This document shows positions 22,745 to 33,233 of a DNA stretch of 64,000 nucleotides, in pieces. Every line of letters begins with the position of its first letter. The first letter of the stretch is position 1. The notes below the pieces were generated by a model. The model was not told the DNA's origin, did not search any database, and saw only the letters and a program-made list of their open reading frames with translations. The translations under genes were made by a program, and so were the position numbers. Source of the DNA: Syntrophales bacterium (lineage in GTDB: Bacteria > Desulfobacterota > Syntrophia > Syntrophales > UBA6807); NCBI GenBank assembly GCA_040767195.1, contig JAXGPA010000003.1:96001-160000 (forward strand), in the 5' to 3' direction.

Positions 22745-23422
22745 TCAGAAACGGGTGAGGGGCGGGTTGTGGAGTGGCCGGTTCTCGGCTCTCCCCCCTC
22801 CGGTCAGGCGCACTTTACGCCCGACGATTTCCAGTTTTCCCTCGGCGTAATACTGGATGGCCTGAGGATAAATCCTGTGTTCTTCTTTCAGGATCCTTTC
22901 CGCCAGGACGTCCGCCGTGTCGTCGTCAAAGACGGGGACGACGGCCTGAATGATGACCGGCCCCGTGTCGACGCCCTCGTCGGCGAAGTGGACGGTGCAG
23001 CCGCTGAACTTGACCCCGTAGTCAAAGGCCCGTTCCTGACCGTGAAGCCCCTGAAAGGAGGGAACCAGGGCCGGGTGAATGTTCATGACACGCATGGGAA
23101 AGGCCTGAAGAAAAGCCGCCGTGAGCACCCGCATGAAGCCGGCCATGACAACGAGTTCGACATCGTGCTCTTTCAGAACGGCGATCATGGCTTCGTCAAA
23201 AGCCAGCCGGTCCGAATAGTCCCGGTGGTCCAGCACCACCGCCGGAATACCGTGTTTCCTGGCCCTTTCCAGCGCATAGGCCCCGGCATTGTTGCTCACG
23301 ACGACCCGGATGACGGCGTCCAGCTTCCCTTCTTCCGTCTTGTCGATGATGGACTGGAGGTTGGATCCGCTCCCCGAGACAAGAACGCCGATGCCGAGTT
23401 TCAATGTCCTGCTTTCAGGCAA
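22745..23422 (-). CDS. purN: Phosphoribosylglycinamide formyltransferase
   Basis: SGSGSNLQ, AGFMR, NIHPAL, GCTVH, D.GP.I.Q. Confidence 0.97.
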   Translation of the reverse strand: MPESRTLKLGIGVLVSGSGSNLQSIIDKTEEGKLDAVIRVVVSNNAGAYALERARKHGIPAVVLDHRDYSDRLAFDEAMIAVLKEHDVELVVMAGFMRVLTAAFLQAFPMRVMNIHPALVPSFQGLHGQERAFDYGVKFSGCTVHFADEGVDTGPVIIQAVVPVFDDDTADVLAERILKEEHRIYPQAIQYYAEGKLEIVGRKVRLTGGGRAENRPLHNPPLTRF

Positions 23423-24461
23423 TGATGACCCCCTTCCGGCTGTCGTCTTTTTTATCCACCGTGCCGATGACCCATGCCTTCTCCCCGAGGACGGAAAGGC
23501 GGTCCAGGATATCGCCGGACTCCTTCTCGGGAGCGACGAGTATCATCCCGATGCCCATGTTGAAGACACGGAACATCTCCGTTTCCTCGATGCGGCCCAT
23601 GTCCTGGAGGACAGGGAAGACGGGAGGCACATCCCAGGTTCCCCTGTGAACGAGGGCCCGGCAGGGATCGGGAAGAATCCTCGGGATGTTGTCGTAAAAA
23701 CCGCCGCCGGTGACATGAACGATTCCCTTGATGTTGAAATTCTTGATGAGATTCAGGACCGCCTTCACGTAGATCCGCGTCGGCCGGAGGAGTTCCTCTC
23801 CCACGGTTATCCCGAGTCCCGGCATCTCGTCGTGTACGGTGAGTTTTCCTTCTTCGAAAACGACCTTTCGAACCAGGGAATACCCGTTGCTGTGAATGCC
23901 GCTGGAGGCGATTCCAATGAGGACATCGCCCACCCGGACCGCCGAGCCGTCTATGATTTTCTCACGGTCCACGATTCCCACGGCAAATCCCGCCAGGTCG
24001 TACTCGTCTTCCCCGTAAAACCCCGGCATTTCGGCTGTTTCTCCCCCGATGAGGGCACAGCCCGCCTCGAGGCACCCCCTGGAAATCCCTTCGACGATGG
24101 CGATGTTCCGATCCACGTCCATCTTCCCGATGGCCATGTAGTCGAGGAAAAAAAGGGGTTCCGCCCCCTGGACCACGAGATCGTTCACGTTCATGGCCAC
24201 GAGATCGATGCCGATGGTGTCGTGCTTCCCCAGCCACTGGGCGATCCTGAGCTTGGTTCCCACGCCGTCGGTGCAGGAAACGAGGACGGGATATTTCAGG
24301 CGGCTCATGTCAAGGTGGAAGAGGGCCCCGAAGCCCCCGATATTTCCCAGGACCTCCTTGCGAAAGGTGGATTTGACAAGAGGTTTTATTCTTTCGACGA
24401 AAAGGTTGGCGCCGTCGATGTCGACGCCGGCATCCTTATAAGAAAGGGACCGGTCTTTCAT
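23415..24461 (-). CDS. purM: Phosphoribosylformylglycinamidine cyclo-ligase
   Basis: YKDAGVDI, TDGVGTK, GGETAEMP, SNGYSLVR, FNMGIG. Confidence 0.98.
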   Translation of the reverse strand: MKDRSLSYKDAGVDIDGANLFVERIKPLVKSTFRKEVLGNIGGFGALFHLDMSRLKYPVLVSCTDGVGTKLRIAQWLGKHDTIGIDLVAMNVNDLVVQGAEPLFFLDYMAIGKMDVDRNIAIVEGISRGCLEAGCALIGGETAEMPGFYGEDEYDLAGFAVGIVDREKIIDGSAVRVGDVLIGIASSGIHSNGYSLVRKVVFEEGKLTVHDEMPGLGITVGEELLRPTRIYVKAVLNLIKNFNIKGIVHVTGGGFYDNIPRILPDPCRALVHRGTWDVPPVFPVLQDMGRIEETEMFRVFNMGIGMILVAPEKESGDILDRLSVLGEKAWVIGTVDKKDDSRKGVIIA

Positions 24462-24606
24462 GAAATCCCCCCGGAAATGAAGTGAAAGTCAGCGGCAAGA
24501 ATATTTCAAATATGTGAAAAAGTCAAATCCAACTTGTAAATGTGTAAAAAATATGTTAGGAATTTTGAACATTTATACCGCTTCCACGGGGTTTGTCTCC
24601 AGGGAT

Positions 24607-27072
24607 ATGGAAAACCTTCGAGATCTTTTCGAAAAGATTGAAAAGCCTCTTCTTTTTTCATGCCGGGATCGTTTTCGACGCCTTTCGTCGATCCGGGACC
24701 TGGAGGGAACCCTTCGGCTTTACTTGCAAAAGGGACGGGATTTTCTTCCCCTCATGCCCCTTTCCCTGGAAGAGAAGCGGGCGCTGGAAGACCGTCTCGA
24801 AGACATGGAGCGCCTCTTCACCGGTTTTGACGCCCTTCCGGCAAGGGAGAAGGAAAAGAGGATTCTCCAGGCGCTGGACCGGCTTTCCGGTCTGAAGATG
24901 ACAGTGGCTGAAAAAAAGGAGGGCTCCCGTCCGGAAGAGCCTGAAGGGGCGGACCCCTTTCTCCCTGAAGAACGGGAAAGGGCGCTTGCCGCCCCCACCC
25001 GTTCCGTCCGCGGTGTCGGCCCCCGGACAGCGGTCCTTTTAGAACGGAAAGGGCTGAAGACCGTCGAGGACCTGCTCTATTTCCTGCCGAGACGCTACGA
25101 GGACCGCCGGCAGGTGGCGGCGATGGGACAGCTTGTCCCCGGAAGAAAAGAGACTGTCCTCGGGACGGTGACCCAGGTCCGGGAAACCCGGTACGGCCGT
25201 ACCCGGAACCTGGAGGTCTTACTCACCGACGGGACGGGCATCCTCAAGGCCCGTTGGCTCAAGGGAAATTTCGCCTATCTCCGGAACCTCATCCGGCCGG
25301 GGACCCGTCTCGTCATGACCGGCCAGGTCCGGGCCTGGTTTGCCGGCCGGGACATGGTCCACCCCGATTTTGAGGTCCTCGACGACGGGGAGGGCGAGAC
25401 CCTGCACTTCCGGCGGATCGTTCCCGTCTACTCGGAAACGGAGGGACTGCACCAGAAGATCCTGCGCCGGATTCTCGCGGAGACGCTGACCGGTTTCGGC
25501 AAATACCTGTGGAGCCCCATACCGGCCGGGTATTCCGGCGGCCGGGGTGTCCCGTCTTTCCGAAAAGCCCTGGAGAGCCTTCACTATCCCGACGGGTCCG
25601 AAAACATCGATTCCTACAATGCCTTTCAATCGGAGGCGCACCGCCGCGTCATTTACGACGAGCTGTTCTTCTTTCAACTGGCCATGGCGTTCCGAAACCG
25701 GGGAGCCCGCCGTGAAAGCGGCCTTCCCTTCGAGACAGGCGGTACCCTGGTGCGGCGTTTCGTCGCGGGACTTCCTTACGCCCTCACCGGGGATCAGAAA
25801 CGGGTGATCGCCGAAATCGATCGTGACCTGGCCCGATCCTGGCCCATGCACCGTCTTCTTCAGGGCGACGTGGGGTGCGGCAAGACGGTGGTTTCCATGA
25901 TCCCTATGATCACCGCCTGCGCTAACGGCTGCCAGGCGGCCCTCATGGCGCCCACGGAGATCCTGGCCGAGCAGCACCATGCCCGGATCGCTCCCTGGGC
26001 GTCACGGCTCGGACTCGAGGCGGGCCTGGTGACCGGAAGCCGCCGCGGGCGAATACGGGAAGAAGTTCTCGAAAAAATCGGCAGGGGAGACATCCATCTT
26101 GTGGTGGGGACCCATGCCCTGATCCAGGAAGGGGTGGCCTTCCGGAAACTCGGGCTTGTCGTCATCGACGAGCAGCACCGGTTCGGGGTTCTCCAGAGGG
26201 CGACTCTCCGGGAAAAGGGTTCTTCTCCCCATGTCCTCGTCATGACGGCCACCCCCATCCCCCGCACCCTGGCCCTGACGGTCCACGGGGACCTGGACCT
26301 TTCCACGATCCGGGAACTTCCCCCCGGGCGGGAAGCCATCCGGACCCAGATCCTCACGGAACGGAATCGTCCGATGCTTTATGAGAGAATCCGCCGCGCC
26401 GTGAAGACGGGAAACCAGGCTTTTATCGTGTATCCCCTGGTGGAGGGGTCGGAAGCCCTGGATCTCAAGGACGCCACAGGCATGGCCCGGGAACTTCAGG
26501 AACGGGTTTTTCCCGAATACCCGGTGGGGCTTCTCCACGGCCGGATGAAAGGGCGCGAGAAGGAAGAGATCATGGCGGCCTTCCAGAAAGGCGAGATTCC
26601 CATCCTCGTCTCGACCACGGTCATCGAAGTGGGCATCGACGTTCCCACGGCTTCCCTGATGGTGGTGGAGCATGCCGAGCGGTTCGGGCTTTCACAGCTT
26701 CACCAGCTCCGGGGACGGGTCGGTCGGGGCGGCGGTGCCGCGCAATGCCTGCTCATGGCGGGCGATCCCCTTTCCGCCGTTTCCCGGAAAAGGCTCAAGG
26801 TCATGGCGGAAACGAACGACGGATTCCGCATCGCCGAGGAAGATCTCGAAATCCGGGGACCGGGGGAATTCATGGGAACACGGCAGTCCGGTCTCCCCGA
26901 TTTCCGGGTGGCCGACATCCTGCGGGACCGGGCACTTCTCGATGAAGCCCGGGAAGCGGCCTTCCTTGCCGCTGACGAAATGGAGAAAGAGCCGGCGGGC
27001 CGTTACGTAATCCTGCGGAAGGAACTTTTCCGCCGGTGGCGGGAGCGGCTGGCGCTCGCGGAAACGGCATGA
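24607..27072 (+). CDS. recG: ATP-dependent DNA helicase RecG (N-terminal extension)
   Basis: LQGDVGCGKT, DEQHRFG, MTATPIPRTL, QLHQLRGRVGRG, RGPGE..G.RQSG. Confidence 0.96.
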   Translation: MENLRDLFEKIEKPLLFSCRDRFRRLSSIRDLEGTLRLYLQKGRDFLPLMPLSLEEKRALEDRLEDMERLFTGFDALPAREKEKRILQALDRLSGLKMTVAEKKEGSRPEEPEGADPFLPEERERALAAPTRSVRGVGPRTAVLLERKGLKTVEDLLYFLPRRYEDRRQVAAMGQLVPGRKETVLGTVTQVRETRYGRTRNLEVLLTDGTGILKARWLKGNFAYLRNLIRPGTRLVMTGQVRAWFAGRDMVHPDFEVLDDGEGETLHFRRIVPVYSETEGLHQKILRRILAETLTGFGKYLWSPIPAGYSGGRGVPSFRKALESLHYPDGSENIDSYNAFQSEAHRRVIYDELFFFQLAMAFRNRGARRESGLPFETGGTLVRRFVAGLPYALTGDQKRVIAEIDRDLARSWPMHRLLQGDVGCGKTVVSMIPMITACANGCQAALMAPTEILAEQHHARIAPWASRLGLEAGLVTGSRRGRIREEVLEKIGRGDIHLVVGTHALIQEGVAFRKLGLVVIDEQHRFGVLQRATLREKGSSPHVLVMTATPIPRTLALTVHGDLDLSTIRELPPGREAIRTQILTERNRPMLYERIRRAVKTGNQAFIVYPLVEGSEALDLKDATGMARELQERVFPEYPVGLLHGRMKGREKEEIMAAFQKGEIPILVSTTVIEVGIDVPTASLMVVEHAERFGLSQLHQLRGRVGRGGGAAQCLLMAGDPLSAVSRKRLKVMAETNDGFRIAEEDLEIRGPGEFMGTRQSGLPDFRVADILRDRALLDEAREAAFLAADEMEKEPAGRYVILRKELFRRWRERLALAETA

Positions 27073-27080
27073 AATATGTT

Positions 27081-27108
27081 TTGACAAACGGCGGCAAACT
27101 GATATAGC
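27081..27108 (+). promoter_or_regulatory. Putative sigma70 promoter of the hom operon
   Basis: TTGACA-16-TATAGC. Confidence 0.4.
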
Positions 27109-27144
27109 AAAACGGTTTGAATCATTTTCAAAGGAACGGCAGCC

Positions 27145-28464
27145 ATGACAGGAAAAAAGATCTGCGTGGGCCTTCTCGGGCTCGGTACGGTGGGGATGGG
27201 CGTCGTGAAGCTCCTGAGGGAAAACGGCGACCTCATCAAAAAACGTCTCGGGGCGGAACTGGTTATCAAGAGGATTGCCGACATCGAGCCGGACCGGCCC
27301 CGGCCTGTTACGGTGCCTCCCGGGATCATGACGACCGACGCCGGGGAGGTCATCGGGGACCCCGACATAGCCATCGTCCTGGAACTGATCGGGGGGTTCG
27401 AGCCGGCCCGGACCTTCATTCTCGAGGCCCTGGGAAAAAAGAAACACGTGATCACGGCCAACAAGGCCCTCCTTGCCACTTACGGCGATGAAATTTTCCG
27501 GGCCGCCGTGGAAAACGGCGTGGACATCGGGTTCGAGGCCAGCGTCGGCGGAACCATCCCCATCATCAAGACGCTCCGGGAAAGCCTTGTGGGGAACCGG
27601 ATCCGGTCCATTTTCGGGATCATGAACGGGACCTCCAATTATATCCTCACCAAGATGACCGATGAGGACCTTCCCTTTGAGGAAGCTCTCCGGACGGCCC
27701 AGGAACTCGGTTTCGCCGAGGCCGACCCGACGTACGACATCGAGGGGATAGACACGGCCCACAAGCTGGCCATATCCCTTTCCCTGGCTTATGGAAAAAG
27801 GGTCCGGCTCGAGGACATCTACCGGGAGGGGATTTCGGGGATCAGCGGCCGGGATGTGGAATTCGCCAGGGAACTGGGGTATAAAATCAAGCTTCTGGCC
27901 ATCGCCTTTGACCGGGGTGACTTTGTCGAGGCCCGGATCCACCCCACCATGATCCCCTTCGACCACCTCCTGGCCAACGTGAGCGGCAATTTCAACGCCT
28001 TTCACTTCATCGGGGACGCCTCCGGGTCGGTGTTCCTTTACGGACAGGGCGCCGGAATGGACCCCACGGCCAGTTCCGTGGTCTGCGATCTCGCCGACAT
28101 CGCCCGGGACATGCTCTGCGGCATTTCCGGCCGCGTGCCCCCCCGGTCTTACCCGGAGGCCCGGATCGACGACATCCGCATCCTGCCCATGGAAGAAATC
28201 GAGACGAATTATTTTTTCCGGTTCACCGCCGTCGACCGGCCCGGTGTTCTCTCGAAAATATCGGGAATCCTGGGCCGCCACAATATCAGCATCGCCGCGG
28301 TGATCCAGAAGGGACGGAAGATCGACGGCGTCGTCCCGGTGGTGATGACCACCCATGAAGCGAAGGAAAAGGCCGTCCGGGAAGCCCTCCGGGAAATCGA
28401 CCGGCTCGACATCGTGGGGGACAGGACGGTCCTGATCCGCATTGAAGACGAGAGGCTCCAATGA
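27145..28464 (+). CDS. hom: Homoserine dehydrogenase with ACT domain
   Basis: GLGTVG, TANKAL, FEASVGG.IP, NGTSNYIL, AEADP, DRPGVL. Confidence 0.96.
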   Translation: MTGKKICVGLLGLGTVGMGVVKLLRENGDLIKKRLGAELVIKRIADIEPDRPRPVTVPPGIMTTDAGEVIGDPDIAIVLELIGGFEPARTFILEALGKKKHVITANKALLATYGDEIFRAAVENGVDIGFEASVGGTIPIIKTLRESLVGNRIRSIFGIMNGTSNYILTKMTDEDLPFEEALRTAQELGFAEADPTYDIEGIDTAHKLAISLSLAYGKRVRLEDIYREGISGISGRDVEFARELGYKIKLLAIAFDRGDFVEARIHPTMIPFDHLLANVSGNFNAFHFIGDASGSVFLYGQGAGMDPTASSVVCDLADIARDMLCGISGRVPPRSYPEARIDDIRILPMEEIETNYFFRFTAVDRPGVLSKISGILGRHNISIAAVIQKGRKIDGVVPVVMTTHEAKEKAVREALREIDRLDIVGDRTVLIRIEDERLQ

Positions 28465-29687
28465 AGTACGTCATTCTGCTAGGCGACGGCATGGCCGACG
28501 AACCCCTGGAGGAACTGGGAGGCAAAACCCCCCTGGAGCAGGCCCGAACCCCTCACATGGACGAGCTGGCGGGACAGGGAACCCTGGGGCTCATCGACAC
28601 CATACCGGAAGGATTCGCGCCGGGGAGCGATGTGGCGAACCTGTCCGTCCTGGGATACGACCCCCGGGCGTTCTTTACCGGCCGGGGGCCCCTCGAGGCG
28701 GCCAGCATGGGGGTTTCCCTTGGGCCGGAAGACATCGCCTTCCGGTGCAACCTGGTCACCCTCGACGGCGGTTTTGACGGGGTGATGGAAAATTTCAACG
28801 CCGGCCACATCTCCTCCAGCGAAGGCGCGGAGATCATGGAGAGCCTGAACGAAGCCCTGGGATCCCCGGAGGTCCGTTTTTTCCCGGGCGTCGGATACCG
28901 CCACCTTCTGGTCTTCCGCGGAAGCGATTTCGACCTTGAAACCACCCCGCCCCACGATATCGTGGGGCAAAAAGTCCGAACACATTTGCCCCGGGGAACG
29001 GGCTCGGAGAAGGTTCTTTCCCTCATGAAGGCCTCCCTGGATATTCTTAAAAATCAAGAGGTTAACCGTATACGGCGGGAACAGGGTAAGCTCACCGCCA
29101 ACGCCATCTGGCCCTGGGGGCAGGGGAAGGCCCCCCGGATGCGTCCCCTGACCGAACGGTTCGATCTTCGCGGCGGCGTGATCTCCGCCGTGGATCTTCT
29201 CCGGGGCATCGGCGTTTACGCGGGCCTGGAAAACATACCCGTTGAAGGCGCCACGGGATACACGGACACGAATTACCTGGGCAAGGCGGAAAAAGCACTG
29301 GCCTTCCTGAAAGACCACGACCTCGTCTTCGTTCACGTGGAGGCGCCCGACGAAAAGGGACACGAGGGGGACGTCTGGGGGAAGATCGCCGCCATCGAGG
29401 ACTTCGATGAAAAAATTGTGGGAACGGTGTTCCGGGGTCTCAAGTCCCTCGGGGCCTTCCGGATCCTCGTCCTCAGTGATCACCCCACGCCCATCCGGTT
29501 AAAGACCCACGTGGGAGACCCCTCGCCCTTTGCCCTGTACTCGTCGGAACGGGGGGAAAACCTGCCCAGGGGGGTCTCCTTTTCGGAGAAGAACGCCCGG
29601 GAAGGGGGGATCGTGGTGACCCCCGGCTGTCTCCTGATGGAGCATTTCATTGGCGATTGGAGACGATATATTGAGGGTTCGCGTTAA
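28461..29687 (+). CDS. apgM: Cofactor-independent phosphoglycerate mutase (ApgM family)
   Basis: GDGMAD, PGSDVAN, GRGPLEA, HVEAPDE.GH, DHPTP. Confidence 0.9.
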   Translation: MKYVILLGDGMADEPLEELGGKTPLEQARTPHMDELAGQGTLGLIDTIPEGFAPGSDVANLSVLGYDPRAFFTGRGPLEAASMGVSLGPEDIAFRCNLVTLDGGFDGVMENFNAGHISSSEGAEIMESLNEALGSPEVRFFPGVGYRHLLVFRGSDFDLETTPPHDIVGQKVRTHLPRGTGSEKVLSLMKASLDILKNQEVNRIRREQGKLTANAIWPWGQGKAPRMRPLTERFDLRGGVISAVDLLRGIGVYAGLENIPVEGATGYTDTNYLGKAEKALAFLKDHDLVFVHVEAPDEKGHEGDVWGKIAAIEDFDEKIVGTVFRGLKSLGAFRILVLSDHPTPIRLKTHVGDPSPFALYSSERGENLPRGVSFSEKNAREGGIVVTPGCLLMEHFIGDWRRYIEGSR

Positions 29688-30108
29688 CGTCCGTGTGATT
29701 TACGGCGACACCGACGCCATGGGGATCGTATACCACGGGAATTACCTCCGTTGGTTCGAGGTCGGCCGGACGGAGCTTTTCCGGACGCTGGGCATTGTTT
29801 ACCGGGACCTGGAAGCCCGGGGGTACTATCTTCCCCTGACCAAGGCCTATTGTCATTATCACGCCCCGGCCCGGTACGACGACATCCTCGTCATCGAGAC
29901 GTCCATCGCCGACTGGGGAAGGGCGAGCATCCGCTTCGATTATGTCGTCTGGGACGAGGGGGGGGCGAAGCGCCTTGTGGAAGGGTATACCCATCACGCA
30001 TTCACCAACGCCGGGGGCCGTGTGGTCAGGGCCCCCATGGAAATCATCGCCCTGATCCGGGACGCCTGCGAGCCGTCGAAAGATCGGGAAGAAGAAAAGG
30101 AAAGATGA
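29650..30108 (+). CDS. Acyl-CoA thioesterase (YbgC/4HBT family)
   Basis: RV.YGDTDAMGIVYHGNYLRWFE.GR. Confidence 0.9.
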   Translation: MAIGDDILRVRVNVRVIYGDTDAMGIVYHGNYLRWFEVGRTELFRTLGIVYRDLEARGYYLPLTKAYCHYHAPARYDDILVIETSIADWGRASIRFDYVVWDEGGAKRLVEGYTHHAFTNAGGRVVRAPMEIIALIRDACEPSKDREEEKER

Positions 30109-30109
30109 A

Positions 30110-30829
30110 ATGGCGAAGAAACTGACGAAAAAGGAGTTGAAAGAACCGGACGAGTTTCAGACCTTTTCCATGAAGGTGCTCCAGTACGTGACGGAGAACA
30201 GAAAACGGCTGTATCTCCTCGGCGCCGTCTTTCTCGCCGTGGTCCTGGCGGCGGGAGGCTATGCTTACTACCAGCAGAGCTATGAGGCCAAGGCCCTGGA
30301 GCTTTATACCGAAGCGGCGAATGCCGTTTCCTTTTCCCCCGGCCCTGTTCCGGAAGAGGCCCTGAAACCGTACGAGAGACTGTTGACGGCCTACCCCCGG
30401 AGCGCTGTGGCCCCCCTGGCCCATTATCACCTCGGAAATCTTCACTATGACAGGGATGAATACACCGAGGCTGTCGACGCTTATGAAAGATTCATCAGCA
30501 AAGCTTCGGGACGGGAAAAGGAACGGTTCCTCGTTTCCCTGGCCCATTACGGAGTGGCCTACAGTTACGAAAACCTGAAGGAATACTCGAAAGCCCTGGA
30601 AGCCTTTCAGCGGGCTGCGGAAACAACGGTCGACCCCGCTTTCCAGGCCATGATGGACCGGAACATGGGGCGGGTTTCGGAAGCCATGGGCAATGTTGAA
30701 AAAGCCCGGGAATATTACGAAAAGTCACTGGTCAATGTCAATGACCCGCTCATGGAGCAGGTCATCAGGGTTATTCTGGCGCGACTGGGAGAACAAGCCC
30801 CGGGAAGGAGCGTGGAGAAGCCATCATGA
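30110..30829 (+). CDS. Membrane-anchored TPR protein (YfgM-like)
   Basis: KELKEPDEF N-terminus, single TM helix, TPRs. Confidence 0.8.
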   Translation: MAKKLTKKELKEPDEFQTFSMKVLQYVTENRKRLYLLGAVFLAVVLAAGGYAYYQQSYEAKALELYTEAANAVSFSPGPVPEEALKPYERLLTAYPRSAVAPLAHYHLGNLHYDRDEYTEAVDAYERFISKASGREKERFLVSLAHYGVAYSYENLKEYSKALEAFQRAAETTVDPAFQAMMDRNMGRVSEAMGNVEKAREYYEKSLVNVNDPLMEQVIRVILARLGEQAPGRSVEKPS

Positions 30830-32622
30830 AAGTTCTCATGTCGGGAAACGAAGCCATCGCCCGGGGCGCCTACGAATGCGGCGTCACCTTCGCCGCCGCC
30901 TATCCCGGGACGCCAAGCACGGAAATCACGGAGGAATTCTCGCGATACGAAGGGGTTTACGCCGAGTGGTCGCCCAACGAGAAAGTGGCCCTCGAGGTGG
31001 CCATCGGCGCGGCCCTGGCGGGCGCCAATGCCATGGCCGTCATGAAACATGTCGGTGTCAACGTGGCCGCCGACCCTCTTTTCACGGTGAGCTACACGGG
31101 AACGAACGGCGGGCTCGTCGTGATTTCCGCCGACGACCCCTCGCTCCACAGTTCCCAGAACGAGCAGGACAACCGCAATTACGCGCGCTTCGCCAAGATC
31201 CCCATGATCGAACCTTCCGACAGCGCCGAGGCGAAGGAATTCATCAAGCTGGCCTTCCGGATCAGCCGGGAATTCGACACCCCCGTGTTTCTCCGGTCCA
31301 CCACCCGGCTCTCCCACTCCAAATCGGTGGTGGATCTCGAGGAGGTGACCCGTCCTGAGGAAGTCCGGGAAATCAAGCATCAGCCTCAGAAGTACGTCAT
31401 GGTTCCCGCCAACGCGAGAGTCCGGCGGGTGGTCGTGGAAGAACGCATGAAAAAACTGGCCGCCTTCGCCGAGACCTTCCCGGAAAACCGGATCGAAATG
31501 GGCGACCCGTCCGTCGGCATCATCGCCGCCGGCATGGCCTACAGCTACGCCCGGGAGGCTTTTCCCGGCCATTCCTTCCTCAAGCTCGGCATGATCCACC
31601 CGCTCCCCGTGGGGATGATTCGGAAATTCGCGGAAAAGGTGGACAAGCTTTACGTGGTGGAAGAACTCGACCCCTTCATCGAGGACCAGATCCGGGCCCT
31701 TGGCATTCCCGTGACGGGAAAAGCGGTGTTCCCTTACACCCATGAATTCGACCCCGGGGTCGTTGAAGAGTCCATCACGGGAGAAAAACGGGAGCTGAAG
31801 CCGCTTCCCCCGGTGAAAATCCCCCCCCGGCCCCCGAACCTCTGCCCCGGGTGCCCCCACCGGGGCCTTTTCTACGCCCTGGGAAAAACGAAAACCTTTG
31901 TCGCCGGGGACATCGGGTGCTACACCCTGTCATTCATGAAGCCCCTCGAGGGTCTTCATTCGTGCATCTGCATGGGGGCCAGCATCGGCATGGCCCACGG
32001 CATGAGCAAGGCCCTGGGGGAACCGGGAAAGGGGAAGGTTGTCGGCGTCATCGGCGATTCCACGTTCATCCACTCGGGGATCACGCCCCTTCTGAACACG
32101 GCCTACAACCGGAGCGATGTGGTCATCGTCATCTGCGACAACCGGACCACGGCAATGACGGGAATGCAGCATCACCCGGCAACGGGATACACGCTCCAGG
32201 GGGCGAGGACCCGGGAACTGGATCTTCCCGCCCTGGGCAGGGCGCTGGGCATCGAGAATGTCCGGGTCATCAACCCTCTCGATCTCAAGGAAACCCGGGC
32301 GGTCATGAAGGAGGAACTGGAACGGGAAGGCCCGTCCCTGGTGGTCGCCCAGTCGCCCTGTGCCCTTCTGCTCAGGAAAAAAGGCGGCGAGGAAAAGGCG
32401 TTCCAGGTGGACATGGATGTCTGCACGGGCTGCAAGGTGTGCCTGGGATTGGGCTGCCCCGCCATTTCCTGGAGAAAATTCGACGGGGAACTGGAAAAGA
32501 AAATCACGAAAAAGACGAAAAAACAGGAGGGAATATCCGTCATCGACCAGGATCTGTGCAACGGCTGCACGCTGTGCAGCCAGGTCTGCAAAATCGGCGC
32601 GATCAAGGAGGTGATCTCATGA
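30826..32622 (+). CDS. iorA: Indolepyruvate:ferredoxin oxidoreductase alpha subunit
   Basis: GNEAIARG, YPGTPSTE, MKHVG.NVAAD, SSQNEQD, CPGCPH, GDIGCY, GDSTF.HSG, two C-terminal 4Fe-4S motifs. Confidence 0.95.
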   Translation: MKVLMSGNEAIARGAYECGVTFAAAYPGTPSTEITEEFSRYEGVYAEWSPNEKVALEVAIGAALAGANAMAVMKHVGVNVAADPLFTVSYTGTNGGLVVISADDPSLHSSQNEQDNRNYARFAKIPMIEPSDSAEAKEFIKLAFRISREFDTPVFLRSTTRLSHSKSVVDLEEVTRPEEVREIKHQPQKYVMVPANARVRRVVVEERMKKLAAFAETFPENRIEMGDPSVGIIAAGMAYSYAREAFPGHSFLKLGMIHPLPVGMIRKFAEKVDKLYVVEELDPFIEDQIRALGIPVTGKAVFPYTHEFDPGVVEESITGEKRELKPLPPVKIPPRPPNLCPGCPHRGLFYALGKTKTFVAGDIGCYTLSFMKPLEGLHSCICMGASIGMAHGMSKALGEPGKGKVVGVIGDSTFIHSGITPLLNTAYNRSDVVIVICDNRTTAMTGMQHHPATGYTLQGARTRELDLPALGRALGIENVRVINPLDLKETRAVMKEELEREGPSLVVAQSPCALLLRKKGGEEKAFQVDMDVCTGCKVCLGLGCPAISWRKFDGELEKKITKKTKKQEGISVIDQDLCNGCTLCSQVCKIGAIKEVIS

Positions 32623-33209
32623 CGGACCGGATCCGAAGCATCCTGATCGCCGGCGTGGGCGGGCAGGGCGTCCTGAAGGCGAGCGATATCCTGTCCGCGG
32701 TCATCATAGAGGCGGGACTCGATGTCAAGAAGAGCGAGGTCCATGGAATGGCCCAGCGGGGCGGGTGTGTAACCAGCCACGTCCGCTACGGGAAGCGGGT
32801 TTTTTCACCGTTGGCCCGAAAGGGGGATGTGGATGTCCTTCTCTCCTTCGAGAAGCTGGAAACCCTCCGTTACCTGGATTACCTGAAGGAAGAGGGGAGG
32901 GTGATCATCAACGACCTGGAAGTCTATCCGCCTTCCGTGAACATGGGCGAGGCGGAATACCCGGAAAACGTCATCGACCTGGTGAGGGACAGGGTACATG
33001 CCGTGGAGGTCCTCAATGCCTCCGACACGGCCTCGAAGCTGGGGGATGCCCGAATGGTCAACACCGTCCTTCTGGGTGTCCTTTCCCGTTACATGGAAAT
33101 CCCCGGGGAAATATGGGAAAAGGTGCTTCGGGAAACCTTTTCCCCCAAGGTCGTGGAAAAAAACATCGAGGCCTTTCGCACGGGCCGTGAAAAAAAGGAC
33201 CGTTCTTAA
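32619..33209 (+). CDS. iorB: Indolepyruvate oxidoreductase beta subunit
   Basis: GVGGQG, SEVHGMAQRGG; ATG overlaps the iorA stop. Confidence 0.93.
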   Translation: MTDRIRSILIAGVGGQGVLKASDILSAVIIEAGLDVKKSEVHGMAQRGGCVTSHVRYGKRVFSPLARKGDVDVLLSFEKLETLRYLDYLKEEGRVIINDLEVYPPSVNMGEAEYPENVIDLVRDRVHAVEVLNASDTASKLGDARMVNTVLLGVLSRYMEIPGEIWEKVLRETFSPKVVEKNIEAFRTGREKKDRS

Positions 33210-33233
33210 ATAAGGCGTGTCTCGGGTTTATTC